Of a stretch of DNA of 64,000 nt, positions 48,759 through 62,591 are shown in pieces; position 1 is the stretch's first letter, and each line of letters opens with the position of its first letter. The position numbers and the translations under genes are program-made. The notes under the pieces are model-generated. The model ran no database searches. It saw only the letters and a program-made list of their open reading frames with translations, and was not told the DNA's origin. The stretch comes from Antechinus flavipes (lineage: Eukaryota), in assembly GCF_016432865.1 (NCBI RefSeq), contig NC_067403.1:247752001-247816000 (forward strand), in the 5' to 3' direction.

Positions 48759-48950
48759 CAGGGGTCCTCAAACTACGGCCTGTGGGCCAGATGCGGCACC
48801 TGAGGATGTTTAACTCCCTCACCCAGGGCTATGAAGTTTCTTTATTTAAAGGCCCACAAAACAAAGTTTTTGTTTTTACTATAGTCTGGCCCTCCAATAG
48901 TCTGAGGGACAGTGAACTGGCCCCCTATTTAAAAAATTGGAGGACTCCTG
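48759..48950. mobile_element. hAT non-autonomous element, OposCharlie1/OC1-type MITE (192 bp)
   Basis: Imperfect 16-bp TIRs, caggggtcctcaaact versus aattggaggactcctg (3 mismatches), with Charlie-like subterminal ggcc motifs. No clean 8-bp TSD is visible; the left flank is a TA run. Confidence 0.8.
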
Positions 48951-50836
48951 AAAGATATGAAAAAAAATATCAGTGGAGAAGTAAAAAATCATGCTTACTA
49001 CAGTGATCAAGGAACTGATGTAAAAGGTGAGAGACAACTTGGTAAGATCCAGCTCAGATCCAATGGCAAGAGCACTTAATAGCATAAGGAAAACTGCAAA
49101 AAATGTTTTTTTTTTTTCCTCTTCTCTCTTTAACCCTTACTCAGTAGGGAATGTATACATTATAAAAACTGGTGACTAGTTACCTGTGACCTCACATGGA
49201 ATAGAAAGTAAAGTGGAAGAATAATTAATGGATACTAATAGCAACTTTTAAGAGATGAAGAAACATTAAAATTCAAAGTAGGAAGACTGATCATAAAATG
49301 TCTCAAGGTTTATTGCCCATTGGTTTGAAAAGAGAGTTGTCCTTGACTTGTATTAGGGAGCTTTTAGGAGTGTGACAAGAGAAGGACTAGTTGGGATTAT
49401 GCTGGCATATGTAATGGGAAAAGAAGATATGAGCAATCCTCGGTAGCATCTGAACGCATTAGGAATTCGCAGCTCCCATGATCAAATTGAATTACATAGG
49501 ATGTTCTTCCTCTGTATTCCCTGCAAACCAATTCACTCTAAGAGGTAGTAGAGGGAAGCCAAATAAATGTGAACTCAAACGATAAAAATGGAAATAATGA
49601 AAATGTTCTATTGCCAGGTATAGTGATGTCCATGATCCAAGTTATCAAGAGCATACACAGTTCTCTTAAATAAATGGTGTCATTAAAAACCTGAGAATAT
49701 GAGTTACAAGACAAGCCATGGCGTAAATAATTGGGAATTAACTGCATCTGGATGTGGGCACAAGCCTCAAATCATCATGGAACTGAGCCCCCTGACCCTA
49801 AGAAAGACTGCACATACAACTACTTATATATAGTAAATGATCATTTTGCCTTTACCTAACCTAGTTTTAAGTAATAAGTCAAAAAGGAACTTGGGCACAG
49901 GGGCATGCCATAGGGCTGATGGTGTGGGATAGCATTCAGGGTGAATTGCATAGAATGTATCTTCTCTCTCAAATGTATCTGCCCCATCTTAGACTCAACA
50001 TTTCCATTCAAGGAAAGAGGGATAAGATCTCACCAAACTGAATCCATATCCATGCATTCTATGCTCCACATAAACCAGTATAACCTGCTCACTCCCAGTC
50101 AGGATATTTCATCTCTTGCCTCCAAGATTTTGCTTAAACTGTGCTCTGGGCATAGAATGCCCTCCCTTTTTGCCCCTTGCTCTTGGAAAAGTCAGTGTCT
50201 TCCTAATCTCAACCCGAGTGCTACCTCTTTTCAGATCTCTCTGGTTTATGATTCAATTGTATTCATTCCTCATCTTAATAGATACATCTCTGTGCATATT
50301 CAATAGAATTTAAGCTCTTTTAGGGAAGAAATAAAAAAATAATCTCTGTGTCTCTAGTGCCTGAAACATAGTAGAAAGTGTTTAATAATCTTGTTGAATG
50401 AATGAAGTAATGAATGAATTTCTACATTGGTAGGGGATATCATGGATAGCACATTGTGTTAGTGTTTATTAAATGCTTTCATATACATAGTTCATTCATT
50501 TCTCCCAACAAATTTATGAGGTAGACAAGGAAGGTATTCCTTTCCCAGCATTTTAGATAAAGGAACAGAATCAGAAAGATGAGATGACTTTCCTAAGACC
50601 AATCAGCAAGGATTTCATCTGCATCTCCAGATCCAAATCCAGCCTTTTACTTTTTGATAGTATAAGGCTTATGGGCAACTACATATTCTTGAATCTTTTT
50701 AGCGCCATATTGGTAAGACTCCTCTTTTCTCATTGGTTAACCACTCACCTTATTGCCCCCGGTTTCTGTCTAGTGCTAGATATATGGGCTCTCATGATTA
50801 GAGACCAGAGTTATCACTTTGGTTTACCATAGTATC

Positions 50837-51787
50837 CTAGAGACAGCTTTTCTTGGAGAAGACATTTCTTGTGAGTACTTTTGTCAGGGCCCCTTTCATC
50901 TCACTATTCCTTAGTGTGTAAATTATGGGGTTGAGAAGAGGAGTACCTAGTGTATACACCAGTGAAAGCAACTGGTCCTTCTTGGGGGAATAGCTCGAGT
51001 TTGGCCGAAGGTACATGAACATGCAGCAACCATACTGTAGGAGGACCACCATGAGGTGGGAGGAGCAGGTAGAGAAAGCCCGGCGGCGGCCTGATGTTGA
51101 ATGGATGCCCAATATGGCAATCGTAATGAGGGCATAGGAAATAGCAATGAGGAGAAAGGGGAAGGCGATGGCCAGTGTGCCTGCCACCAGCACTGAGAGC
51201 TCAGGGAGACGGCTGCGGGTGCAGGTCAGTCGCATCACTGGGGGTACATCACAGAAGAAGTGCTCAATGCTTCTGGAATGGCAAAAAGGCAAGCAGAAGA
51301 TAAAGGCCACCAGCTGTAAGGATAGGATGAAACCAATGGCTATGGAGGCCACCACCAGGTTGACACAGAGCTTCTGAGTCATGATCAAGGGGTACTGTAG
51401 GGGATAGCAGATTGCCACGTAGCGGTCATAGGCCATAACAGCCAATAGGAAGCAGTCAGTGCTACCAAGCCCAATGAAAAATAGCATCTGGGTAGCACAA
51501 CCCAGAAATGTAATGGCTTTATGCCTCTTCATGGTGTTCACCAGGATGTGGGGAACCACTGTTGCAGTGTACCAGATCTCCACAATGGACAGACTGCCTA
51601 GGAAGTAGTACATTGGTGTGTGGAGACGGGCTTCCATCTGAATGGCAGCCACTATAAGGATATTTCCTGTGAGGATCATGGTGTAGACTAGACTGATCCC
51701 CAAGAAAACCAAGACCTGCAGCTCTGGGTGTGTAGGATAAGCTAGGAATACAAACTCTGTTGATAGTGTTTGGTTCACCCAAGTCAT
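50837..51787 (-). CDS. OR10W1: Olfactory receptor OR10W1-like, 316 aa, intact
   Basis: OR motifs are intact ([40 protein letters not shown]). [24 protein letters not shown] and SLVYTLGTP match recalled human OR10W1. The acceptor lies 17 nt before the ATG (cag at 51805-51807). Confidence 0.93.
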   Translation of the reverse strand: MTWVNQTLSTEFVFLAYPTHPELQVLVFLGISLVYTMILTGNILIVAAIQMEARLHTPMYYFLGSLSIVEIWYTATVVPHILVNTMKRHKAITFLGCATQMLFFIGLGSTDCFLLAVMAYDRYVAICYPLQYPLIMTQKLCVNLVVASIAIGFILSLQLVAFIFCLPFCHSRSIEHFFCDVPPVMRLTCTRSRLPELSVLVAGTLAIAFPFLLIAISYALITIAILGIHSTSGRRRAFSTCSSHLMVVLLQYGCCMFMYLRPNSSYSPKKDQLLSLVYTLGTPLLNPIIYTLRNSEMKGALTKVLTRNVFSKKSCL

Positions 51788-52149
51788 TGAGGTGCTGAGG
51801 TTTTCTGTATGGCAAGAGATAAAAGGATAGAAGAAAGAATCAATTTATGAATGCATAGGGATATCTTGCATATCACCACACTATGTCTGCTCTAATCAGA
51901 GATTGGGATTGTGAGAGAGAGTATGGAAGAATGGAAAAAATGCCAGATGTGGATGCAAGACTTCAGGCTCAAATCCTGCCTATAAGATGCTGGTTTTGTG
52001 ATCCCAAGCCAATCATCTAGCACCTCTGAGCCTGTTTCTCAATCTAGATAAGTGAGATAATAACACTTTAATTGCTTACATCATAAGATTGTGATAAAAA
52101 TTAAACTTTAATTTTTTTAAACTTTAAAGCATGATATATGATTTTTTAT

Positions 52150-52320
52150 TTTATTATTTTTTATTATAGTTTTTTATTGACAGAACATATGAATGGGTAA
52201 TTTTTCAACATTGTCCCTTGCAAATACTTTTGTTCCAACTTTTCCCTTCCCTCCCTCCATCCTTCCCCTAGATGGCAGGCAGTCTCATACATGTTAAACA
52301 TGTTAAAGCTATGATATATG
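52150..52320 (-). mobile_element. L1 3' end fragment
   Basis: Same marsupial L1 tail family as 31371-31519 (atgggtaatttttcaacattg...cctagatggcaggcagtc). Confidence 0.7.
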
Positions 52321-54049
52321 ATTTTGATTGTGATAGTCATGGGAAATAGGAGAATGAGAAGCAACTTGGCTCAAGGGGAAAAATCCACTGGTTTTAGTGT
52401 TAGAAGATTGATGGTTCTTTTACTTGTTACCTGTGTTACTTTGGGGGAGTCATTTTTTTCTTCCTGTGCCAATTTCCTCCTCGTAAAATGGTGCTTGAAC
52501 TAGGCCCTCTCTGAGCCAGAAGTCCTTAACCTGATGTCTGTGAACTTTTTAAAAATTGGTAATAGTATTTCAACATACTGTTTTTTTCTAATTTAGTGCA
52601 TTTTAAGACAGTTTGAGACTGAATCTATAAGCTTTCCCAGATAATTAAAGGGATGCCTGAACCCCACAGTTTAAGAACTCCTGCATAAGTCTAAGGTGAA
52701 TTTTGTCCTTAACTCCTCTGATTTTCTGATTCTGCATTGCCTGATCCAGCCAATAACACTTATCAATGACACCCTGCAAAGTGATGGATGAAATCTAAAA
52801 GGAGAATTAAAGAAAAGAAAAGAGGTTAGGGAAAATGGGGGGTGATAATGGAGGGAGAACTAGAATAATTTTTACCTTCTCAAATGATGCAGGAGGAAAT
52901 CTACTCATTCCCCTAGATATGATATAATCACAAGATTTCCGAATTGGAAGACATCAGAGAAAACACATATCCTAACTCTTATATGAGCTGACTCTCTTCT
53001 CCACATCTCCATGACTCTTCTGCACATCTGCATAGCTTGGTCTCCAGTCTGCTCATCACCATGGTTACCCTTCTTACCATGTATTCTACCTGGTAAATTT
53101 CCTCCAGAATATGTCATGTTTTGGATACAGAAATGTCAAGGAGGATCCAGCAGTAGGAGTCAGTTATGAGAGTCAAAAGGGCATAGACATAATATGAGAT
53201 GATAACAAATATAAGGGGAGGCTCTAGTAACAGAAAGGTGGGGCCCAAGAGGAAAAGGAAGGTCTTTGTTTCCTTACCTGGAGCCTTATCCACACTTTGT
53301 CTCCCCAACAGCTTCAATTTAGGAAACTTGTGGGAACTATAAGAAACAGAGAGTGTTTTCTCATGGAATTCTTCATCTCTGTAGAAAAAAAAAACTAGAC
53401 AAGAAAGAAAGAAAATGGATTTGAGTCCTGGCTCTTTTATATATTAATTAGGAGACTTGGGTATCACCTTTGGGTCTCAGTTTCTCCATCTGAAAAATGA
53501 ATACATTTGAGCTCAGAATACCCTGTTAGACATTTAAAGGCAGCGTGAGGTGGTGGGAAGCAGTTTGTGCAGTGCAAAAAGCAATGTTTTTGGAGACAGA
53601 GGATGAAAATCCAAATTCTTCCTGACACTTATTACCTGTGTGCTTGAGGGCTAGTCACATAACCTAGCTGGGTATCAATGTACAAAACAGGAATTTGGGC
53701 TGGGTGGCCTCTGAGGTTTCTTCTAGCTCAGATCTAGGATTCTAGGATCTCTCTAATAATCAGGAAGACCATTAATTTCAGTATGATACTGAAGAGCTAC
53801 TCTTTCAAACTTATAAAGGGGACATTCCTGTATTATAATAGAGCATTTTCATACTACAATTCATAGATTCAAAGTGAAATTAGAAAGGACCCTTAAAGAT
53901 TATTTGATTGAATGTGATTTTGAGGTCAGACAATTAATTATGAGGTCAGATGCCATATTGAGCATCCCTCAGATTGGGGATAGCAGAGCTAGAGTTTGGA
54001 CCAAGATCTTTTGGCATCAAATTCAAGGTTCCTTGTATCAGCGATGCCT

Positions 54050-54420
54050 TTAGTCTAATGGGACTCCATCTGGAGTTTTGTATGTATTCCTGGACATCAC
54101 TTTTTAGAGAGGGTATTGACAAATGGGAAGTCTAGAGAAGGTTAACTAGGATGAGAAGAGGAGGTGAGATGATACTATAAGAGGATTCCTTGAAGAAAAC
54201 AAGACTATTTAGTTTGCAGAAGAGAAGTCGTACTAGCCATTTTCAAACACATTAACAAATGACAGTCATTTAGAAGGATTAGACAGTAGTGCTATCTAGA
54301 AAGAGAAGAAGATGCATTCAGAGGTGCAGACAGAGGTCAGATAATTAATCGCTTCAGACATTGTACAGGTAATTATTGAGCAGTAAAGAGTTCTATTAGG
54401 TGGCTTCTATCCCATAAAAG
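54050..54420 (+). mobile_element. L3/CR1 fragment
   Basis: catctggagttttgtatgtattcctggacatcac...gaagaaaacaagactatttagtttgcagaagagaag pattern. Confidence 0.55.
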
Positions 54421-56199
54421 TGGGAGATATTATCATCACAATGATCCTGTGTTTGGAATTGGGCAGGGAGGATACCATTTTAAGTATGGAGAAACTGAAG
54501 CAAGAAACGCAGACTATGGCTTAGAACACTAGTCTAAGACATGGAAGAAGACCAAAATTCTGCCTATCAGCTCATGACTTACTCCTTTTACTGAGCCCTG
54601 GAAAATATCAGATATCTGGATAGTTAAAAATTAGAACTTAGGGAAATGCCAGTAAAGACAGAGTACTGGATGAAAAGAATAGTTAAGTGATGAGGTTTTA
54701 TTTTTGGTTCTGATAGTAATAAGCTATGTGACCTTAGGCAATCTAAATACCTTTTGTGTCTTTCTTTGGAAAATGAATCAGGCTAGAATAGATGATTTAT
54801 ATCTCTTCCAACTTCCCCATAAAGCAACACCTTACCTCAGAAGTGTGTGGATGCTGTAGCTTTCAGATCTTCAGTTATAGCTACATGCTCAGAACCAAGC
54901 CATCAGATCAAATATCTGATGGAGAGTGCTCATATCTTTCCAGGAACAGCTCAAAGACATGATATCCATAACCTGGAGAGCCTATTCAACAGGGATAGGC
55001 ATTTATATAACCATCTTAAACAAACCTCAATTCTTCATGCATTAGCACCCAGGCAGAAATAAATGGTAATAAGTCTTAGGGTCCAACCTTCTCAGTCCCA
55101 TCTCCCAGAGGTGAACAGTACAGCAAAAGTTACTCTCCCCTGAGACTCTGTCGAAGGTAATTAACCCACAATAGATCTATCTCTCCACTTGGGATCTCTG
55201 TGTCTCTGAAAAATGGAGGGCACATCTCTGGAGAAGCAAAAATAAACCCTTAAACACGTTCACTGCCACAACATCCTGGATTGTGCTCAAACTTGAAGGT
55301 TCAAATATCCTGAGGGGAAATTTTGGAAAGATCTCCAGTGGAGGTAGCTTAACCATTTCCTCCTTAACTCTCCACTTCACAATTATATATCAACAAAACT
55401 AAGAACTAAGAATAAGTAGATTATTTCTTTAAAAATTTGAATATAAAATTCCCAGATTAACAGAACATGAAGTAGTACCTAGTTATGTGTGTTTAAATCT
55501 TATTCCCCTACTAAACTGTAGGCTCTATGAAGGAGAAGGAAATATCTTCCTTAGACTGTCTTCTTTTATCAGGCACAGTGAAATGTCCCTAGTATCTGGT
55601 TCATGAAAATTGCCTTGAAGCTTAATTAAACACCAGGGGTACACTTAGTATATTGGAGGCAGAATGGGGCTTATGATCTTTGCTTTTTATTTCTACTGTC
55701 AGGGCAAAAAAGTGCCTGTTATTCTTATATTAATAACTATCCTCAATATGTTAATTTAAGGATTTGCAATTTTTTTTCAATGCCATAGATTGTAGCACTT
55801 CTATAACCTAATAAGCTTCCTAGAAATTCTGCAGCTGGTGATGAACCTCTGTGGAATTTTCTTGGTTGATTTAGGTGGCACACAATCTATCACTATCCTT
55901 ATATGTGAAACTTTGACAGCTTTGTAGGGCCTGCCAGAGCTTCCATTATGCTGACAAAGCTTTTGAGGACCTAGGATCATGCTTATATAATGAAGAGGTA
56001 TCATGTTAGAGATTTTGTTGAGTGCCTAATGGACAATTAAAAATATTTTTAAAAAGTAGAAAAGAAATTAATAAATGGAATACTTAGAGAATGGAGTCTT
56101 GGATTTTAGGAAAATGGCATAGAGGAAAGACCATTGAATGTCAAATGAGAAATTTTTGTAGTTAAATCTTGGTTCTGTTACTTATAGGCTGGGTTAATA

Positions 56200-58330
56200 T
56201 AAGTGTGTCATTTCACTTCTTTTTTGTTTTTGAAAGCAAACATAAATATTTTTACTATCTTCCTCCCCAAGTATGGGATAGTATCTATTTATCTATTCAT
56301 TTTAGCATTTTTATTTAAAATGTTGAATTCTAAATTCTATCCTTTCCTTTTCTCCCTTCTTCCTAAAATGGTAAGCAATCTGATATAGGTTATGCATATG
56401 CAATTATCTAAAACTCTTCAATATTAGTCATTCTGTACAAGAAGGTTCAAAAAAAAAGTGAAAAAAAAATGCTTCCATCTGTATCTTCACTTCACTATTA
56501 TATGTCAACAAAACTAATAACCAAGAACAACTACATGAAAACTTATGCAATTCTGAATATAAAATTCCCAGATAATCAGAAAAAGAAGTAGAAAATTTAA
56601 ATAACCCAGTATCAGATGTCTTGTAATTTTGCACTCCTCTTGTTCAAGTAGTGTGTCTTTTCATTAGTCCTTTGGGATTGTCTTGAATCATGTATGACTG
56701 AGAAGTCAAGTTCTTCATCAAAAATATTTCTGTTACTATAAACGACATTTATTTCCCTACACATCAGTTCATATTAGTCTTTCTAGTTATTCTGAAATAG
56801 TTCTGCATGTCATTTCTTATAGCGCAATAATATTTCATCACAATCATACCAGAGTTTGTTTAGGTTTTCCACAATTGAGGGACATCCCTTCCATGTCCAA
56901 TTCTCAGCCACCACAAAAAGCAGCTACAAATATTTATGTACAAGTAGGCCCTTTTTCCCTTTTTTTGAGGGGGATGTCTTTAGGATATAGATTTAGTCTT
57001 TGGGGCATGGTTCTAAATTGCTCTGGATCAATTAGTTCACAACTCTACCAACAAAGCATTACTGTCCCAGTTTTTCCACATCCTCTCCAGTACTCAACAT
57101 TAAAAATTATTAGACAACAGATGTGATAGGTGTAAGGTGGTACCACAGAGTTGTTTGTTACTAATACATAGAAATGCTGATGCTTTATGTGGCTTTATTT
57201 TGTATTTGGCCGCTACGATAAAGTTTTTTAATTGATTTCCTAAGATTCTCTATGGACTCCATCACATTATCTTCAAAAAGTGATAGTTCTGTTTTCTTGT
57301 AGTCTATTCTAATTCTTTTAATTCCTCTTTGTTCTCTTATTGCTATAGCTAACATAATGGGCATCCTTATTTCATTCCTAATTGTACTGGGAAGCTTTCT
57401 AGCTTGTCCTTATTAGAGATAAGTCCTGTTGATAGTTTTAGAAAAAACATCATTTTAAGGTAAGCTCCATTTATTACCTCTTTTTAATGTTTTCTCTCAA
57501 TCAGATTGATTTCCTTTTTCTCTCTTTCTGTTCCTCTATATTGGAGTTATTTATTTTTCTTTTTCAAAAAGTAATTTCTTAAATTCATTTTTTGTTCCCT
57601 TTTCTTTCCTCCCCTAAATTTCTACTTATTTTCATTCCTAATTTTTTTCTTCCCTTAATCCCTCTATTTTGAAAGTAAAAGGTTTAATGCCCATATGAAG
57701 CCATTCAGAACATATTTCTGCATTATCCATGTTCCAGAAAAAAGATAAAAATAGCAGTAGAAATAAAGGAAACATATGCTTCAGTTTGCAATGTGAGTCT
57801 GTCAGTTCTCCATCTTGCAGGTAGGTAGAATTTTTCATTGAGTTCTTTGGAGATATGGTGGATTATTCTATTGATCAGAGTTACTATTTGATAGTTGATT
57901 ATCTTTTAATGTTTTATTAGTGTGTACATTGTTTTCCTGTTTTTTCACACTCTTTTGCATCCATTCATATACTTCTCCCATTTCCTTATCAATTTTTTAG
58001 AGCACAATTTAATATTCCATCATATTAATATTCTTTCCATTCCTCAATAAATGAACATTCCCTCAGTTTCCAATTCTTTATCACCATATAAAGAGCTGCC
58101 ATAAATATTTTGGGCATATTGTTTCCTTTTCTTTGATATCTGTGAAATATAAAGCTAGTAAAGAAAACATTGAGTCAAAGGGTATCAAATTGTACACAGA
58201 GTTGTACTCAGTACACACTGTACACAGTTTGATGATTGTTTTGAACATAGTTCCAAATGGTTTTCCAGAATGGTTGGACCAGTTCACATTTGTTCCCTTT
58301 GCCATTAAAGGATTTCTCACTTATTCTCTT
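56200..58330 (-). mobile_element. Mosaic of L1 3'UTR/ORF2 fragments, mainly antisense
   Basis: L1 tail (ggtaagcaatctgatataggttatgcatatgcaatt), aagcagctacaaatattt and gaatggttggaccagttcacatt. A short sense ORF2 piece is embedded at ~56500-56600. Confidence 0.6.
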
Positions 58331-59597
58331 CACTGTCTATCTTCTCCTTCTTTCTGCTCTAGATTCTTCCCTGCTTCATGACCCTTATAATTATCTATTC
58401 TTTCACTGTTGTTTGATTTCCTCATGAAAGTAACCATTCTGGTCTCTCTCACCTAGACATTTTCTGTCACTGCTTTGTAGAGCTCCTTTTTTTTGGTTGT
58501 GATTAATTCCAAGCAAAATACCAGTCCTGTAGTTGACAGAGGGACACTATTGTTCTATTACAGAATGTGCTTCCATATCTAATCCCTGATTTTGCCATGT
58601 ACAACTAGCCTATATGTTTCTCCTGGTTATCCACTTTCACCACGTGCCTTCAGATCTCCTTCTTGGCTCCATATCTAATGATTTCCCAAACTGCAGTTGT
58701 TCTAAGAATCTCCATTTCTCTTCTTCTTGAGGAGGAACAAGTAGTCTTTTGCACTGATTTTCCCACACCCTTTAATCAACACATGCTCCCCATCTTTCTT
58801 TACCAAATACTTCCCTTAACTAATAGGATCTTTTATCAATGGATTTTCTTCCAAACCTTAAAACAAGGCCACTCTCTTTTTCATCCTTTTTCAGTGTTTA
58901 CCTTCTCCTCACTCTTTCTCCTGTAGGATTTTTTCTTTCTGAGAGACCACAAAGATCAACTTCTTCTTGTTAACCTTCAGTTGGACCTGTATATAAGGCA
59001 CACTCTATTCTATCTTTCTCTGCTCCTCTTTTTCTTCCAAGCACCCTCACATTTTGTAATTTAATTCCTTAAAAGCATTTATATATCTATAGGTAAAGTG
59101 TTGTGAGTTTCTGTCTATAATACCCAAGGCCTGCTTCTTGATTTTCCATCCAACTGACTTCTACCTTCAGTTTTTCCTCCATATATATACATATAAAAGA
59201 AGTTCCCTACTGGTTTCCTTTATCTCATTTTCTTTTGTTTTTATTCATTCCTCCTACATTTCAATTATCTGAGATGATCAAGAAACCTTTTTGCCATTCT
59301 TTTGAATTTGTTTAATTGATTCTTGATGTCTTACAGTCATTGACTTCCACTTACCCAATTCTAACTTTTAAAGGCTTTTCTTCCATGAGTTTTGGTACTT
59401 TCTTTTCCATTTAGACAATTGTACTCTTTAAAGAGTTGTTTTCTTCAGTGGATTTTTGTGTCTCCTTTTCTATTTGGCCAATTCAAATTTCAAAGCAGTT
59501 ATGTTATTCACAGCTAGATGTCATTTCTCCTATTCGTCCAATCAGTGGGGGAAAGGGAGGGGAGAGAAACAGAGAGACACATACATGTATGCATATG

Positions 59598-59598
59598 T

Positions 59599-59648
<50 letters not shown>
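59598..59648. repeat. (CA)n(GA)n microsatellite
   Basis: Directly visible. Confidence 0.95.
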
Positions 59649-59649
<1 letters not shown>

Positions 59650-61995
59650 CTCATCTTCCCAAGAGTAGTTCCCTTTTAAGCTTGGTTCAAATTGGAATTA
59701 TCTTCTAAATATATATTAATATGCTTATTGAATTATTTCTTTGGGGATATACTAAAGAAGGAAGCATATGAATTGTTATCCAAATGGATGGACCAAGAGA
59801 ATTATGAATTATTGTTGGGATATCTATGCATCTAAATAGGAAGGTAGAATTCAAGTAATACATATGAGATAGCTGACGCTTTCATTCCCTATGCCATTAG
59901 TGAGCTGGCGTGGAAAGCTACAAGTACCACTTGGTGGCTCCCATAGGTATAACACCTCTAGCAGAGGCTGTAAGGGATATCACTTGATGATAATTGAAAT
60001 GCTGTTCCCTTGAGACCCTAATTGTCTCTGTTACAAAGCAAAAAAAAAATAGTAGATCTATGGGAATGAGTGTGCATGTTTGAGTGTCAATATGAGCAGT
60101 GAGTTCATAAAATTATCCATATGCATTTCTGGGTCATATACTGGGCAATTGCAAGAGAATATTCCTTCTTGTGGGAACCCCACAGGGTTAATGATATAAA
60201 GTGTATATGAATGTGTTTATATGTGGATTCTGAGTCAGTGGCTGATGCAAAATCTAGCTTTGTGGGACCCTTGAGAGTTGGTTCTTACAGATTTTAAAGG
60301 TGAATGAGTATATCAAGATATTTCTGGAGGCAAGCAAGATCTTCCTGTGGAACAATTGAGAGCCCTGGGTTAGAAGCTGTTCTCTGTACTGGCACTGTTA
60401 TCTAGGTTGTCCCATGACTGAGGATATGATATTGTGCAAAAGAAGGGAGAACTCAGTGAGAAAGCAATGGATCCAGAAGTTAAATGAGATACAGTATAAA
60501 TGACTATAGCTTACCTGTGTGTATGTTCTATTGTTAAAGGCCTGTATGCATTTAAATTATTTTAATCTTATTATCTTAGTGATAAAAATACATTAAGATG
60601 CTTCAATTTCATCATCATGAGTATCTCTTTGACTTGTGTAGATTTCAACTCTTTATAACCTAGTATATATTCTTCAAGAATAATTACTGTTAGGTCAACC
60701 TGATAATGAGTCTTTCCTGAGTTAACTAGACCAATCAATTAATGAGTATTTATTAAAGACTTGGGTTAAGCATCAGAGATCACTGTTGTCCATTGTCTGT
60801 CCATTCAGACAATCCATTCCAGACAAGTAGAAGCCAATGACTTTATCCAATCCATTCAGTAGAGTAATACTTGAAGCCTTTCTACCCTGGTAAGACCTGC
60901 CCGGATTTCTTTGGTTGTGGGAACTCATAAAAAAGTAACATGATCCTGAGTCCAGTGATAGATTTGTCTTTATTTAATAATAATAATAGCTTGTATTGAT
61001 ATGGCATTTTAAGATTTGCAAAACATTTTACAAATATTATCACATGCTCTCCTTACAACAACCTTGGAACACAGTACAATTATCATTCTCACTTTACAGG
61101 TGAGGAAATTGAGGCTGAGAGCTTGAATGACTGGTCCAGAGTCACATACTACTAGAACAAACTATGATCAAGTTTCATGACAATGGGATCACTATTTTCT
61201 AACTCAAATGCTATCTCCAAAATGAAGTAAAAATTTATGTAAAAAAAGTGTCATTTTGCATAGTTAGTCTATCACTTTTCTGGTAATTGGGAGATAGATG
61301 CTTTATCATTGGTCATTAGGAGGACATTCATAGTCTGGGATCCCTGCTTATAGAGATAGGAAAATCTTTTGAAAGATGGGTTGGGGGTTCCCTAAACAGA
61401 AGAGAGTCTAGCAGACCAACACTAAAATTTTAGGGAATGCCCTTTATTCTTGATTTTAGTTTTACAGAATTTTTTTGGCTGGATTTGTGATTCCATTAAA
61501 ATTGGAAAGTCTTGGTGGGAAGCTTCCTTTATTAGGGCAGATAAGTCTCAACTCTCCAGTTTATGATCTTGGAAAGTATCACTTTCCAGGACACTGGGAA
61601 GTAAACTAACTTGTCCAGGGCTACACAGTTATTATATGTCAGAAGTAGGAATTCCCAACTACAAAGCCAATTCTATCTACTATGGCAATCAGTAGGCCAT
61701 TGTCTCATTGCAAATAGAAACTAAATATGTTGTTTGGCCAACCTGCTTATTTTATATTTCCTAGGAACTGGTTGGGGGTATTGACAAAAATAGGAAAATG
61801 TAAGTAGAGGATAAATTAAGGTAATTATGATTGCAAATCAAGCTCTAACACCAACAATAATACTACAATGGTACTGCCTCCAGAATCCTCATATGGAGGG
61901 ATTATTATAACCCCCCTCCTCGAGACATATGTCCAAAGATGACAAGGTCTCTTGACCACATTCTATTTAGGCTCTTCTCAGTGGCATGGGCAGGA

Positions 61996-62195
61996 TTGTT
62001 CAGTTATGTCTGACTCTTTGTGTCCTTCTTTGAGTTTTCTTGGTAAAGATCCTGGAGTAGTTGGCCATTTCCATCTCCAACTCATTTTACCAACAAGAAA
62101 ACTGAGGCAAGTAGGAGTGACTTACCCAGGACCACACAATTAATAAGTATCTGAGGCTAGTTTTGTTCTATCCACTGCACCATTTAGTTGTCCCA
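61996..62195 (-). mobile_element. MAR1-type SINE
   Basis: ttcttggtaaagatcctggagtagttggccatttcc...gaaaactgaggcaag...gacttacccagg. Confidence 0.7.
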
Positions 62196-62591
62196 AGTAA
62201 AAGATAAAAGGTTGAATTTAGAGGACCTGAGTTTAAATTTCAGTTCCCTGTACAGATTTTGGCAAGTCAATTAACCTCTATATGTGTCAATTTTCTCAGC
62301 TATAAAATAAGCGAATTGGACTAGATGATCTTTAAGATTCTAATTCTAAGCCTATTATCTTACTTACCTGTAGATCACCTATATTTCTAAAGAGGGGGAT
62401 AAATTCTTTGAAATAGCTTGCACATTTATCCTTTCCTGGGATAGTTCTATAGTTAACAAGATTAATATATGTTTAGTATTTCAGAGACGCAAACAAAAAA
62501 TTTAAGAGACTTCATACAAAGTATGTTTTAATTATGCTTTTTACAAGTTTCTCTGTCTTAACCATAATAACCATAATAACCATCTTGCTCT

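Noticed and set aside
58380-59250. Possible ERV internal or pseudogene sequence
   Set aside because: No recognisable gag/pol or protein motif in the frames I translated by hand, so it is left unannotated.
15485-60923. Recurring TGTGGGAA (RBPJ/CSL-like) motif at ~15488, 22091, 53328, 60170 and 60916
   Set aside because: Two copies come from the old duplication. About one hit is expected by chance on both strands at this composition, so the excess is not persuasive.
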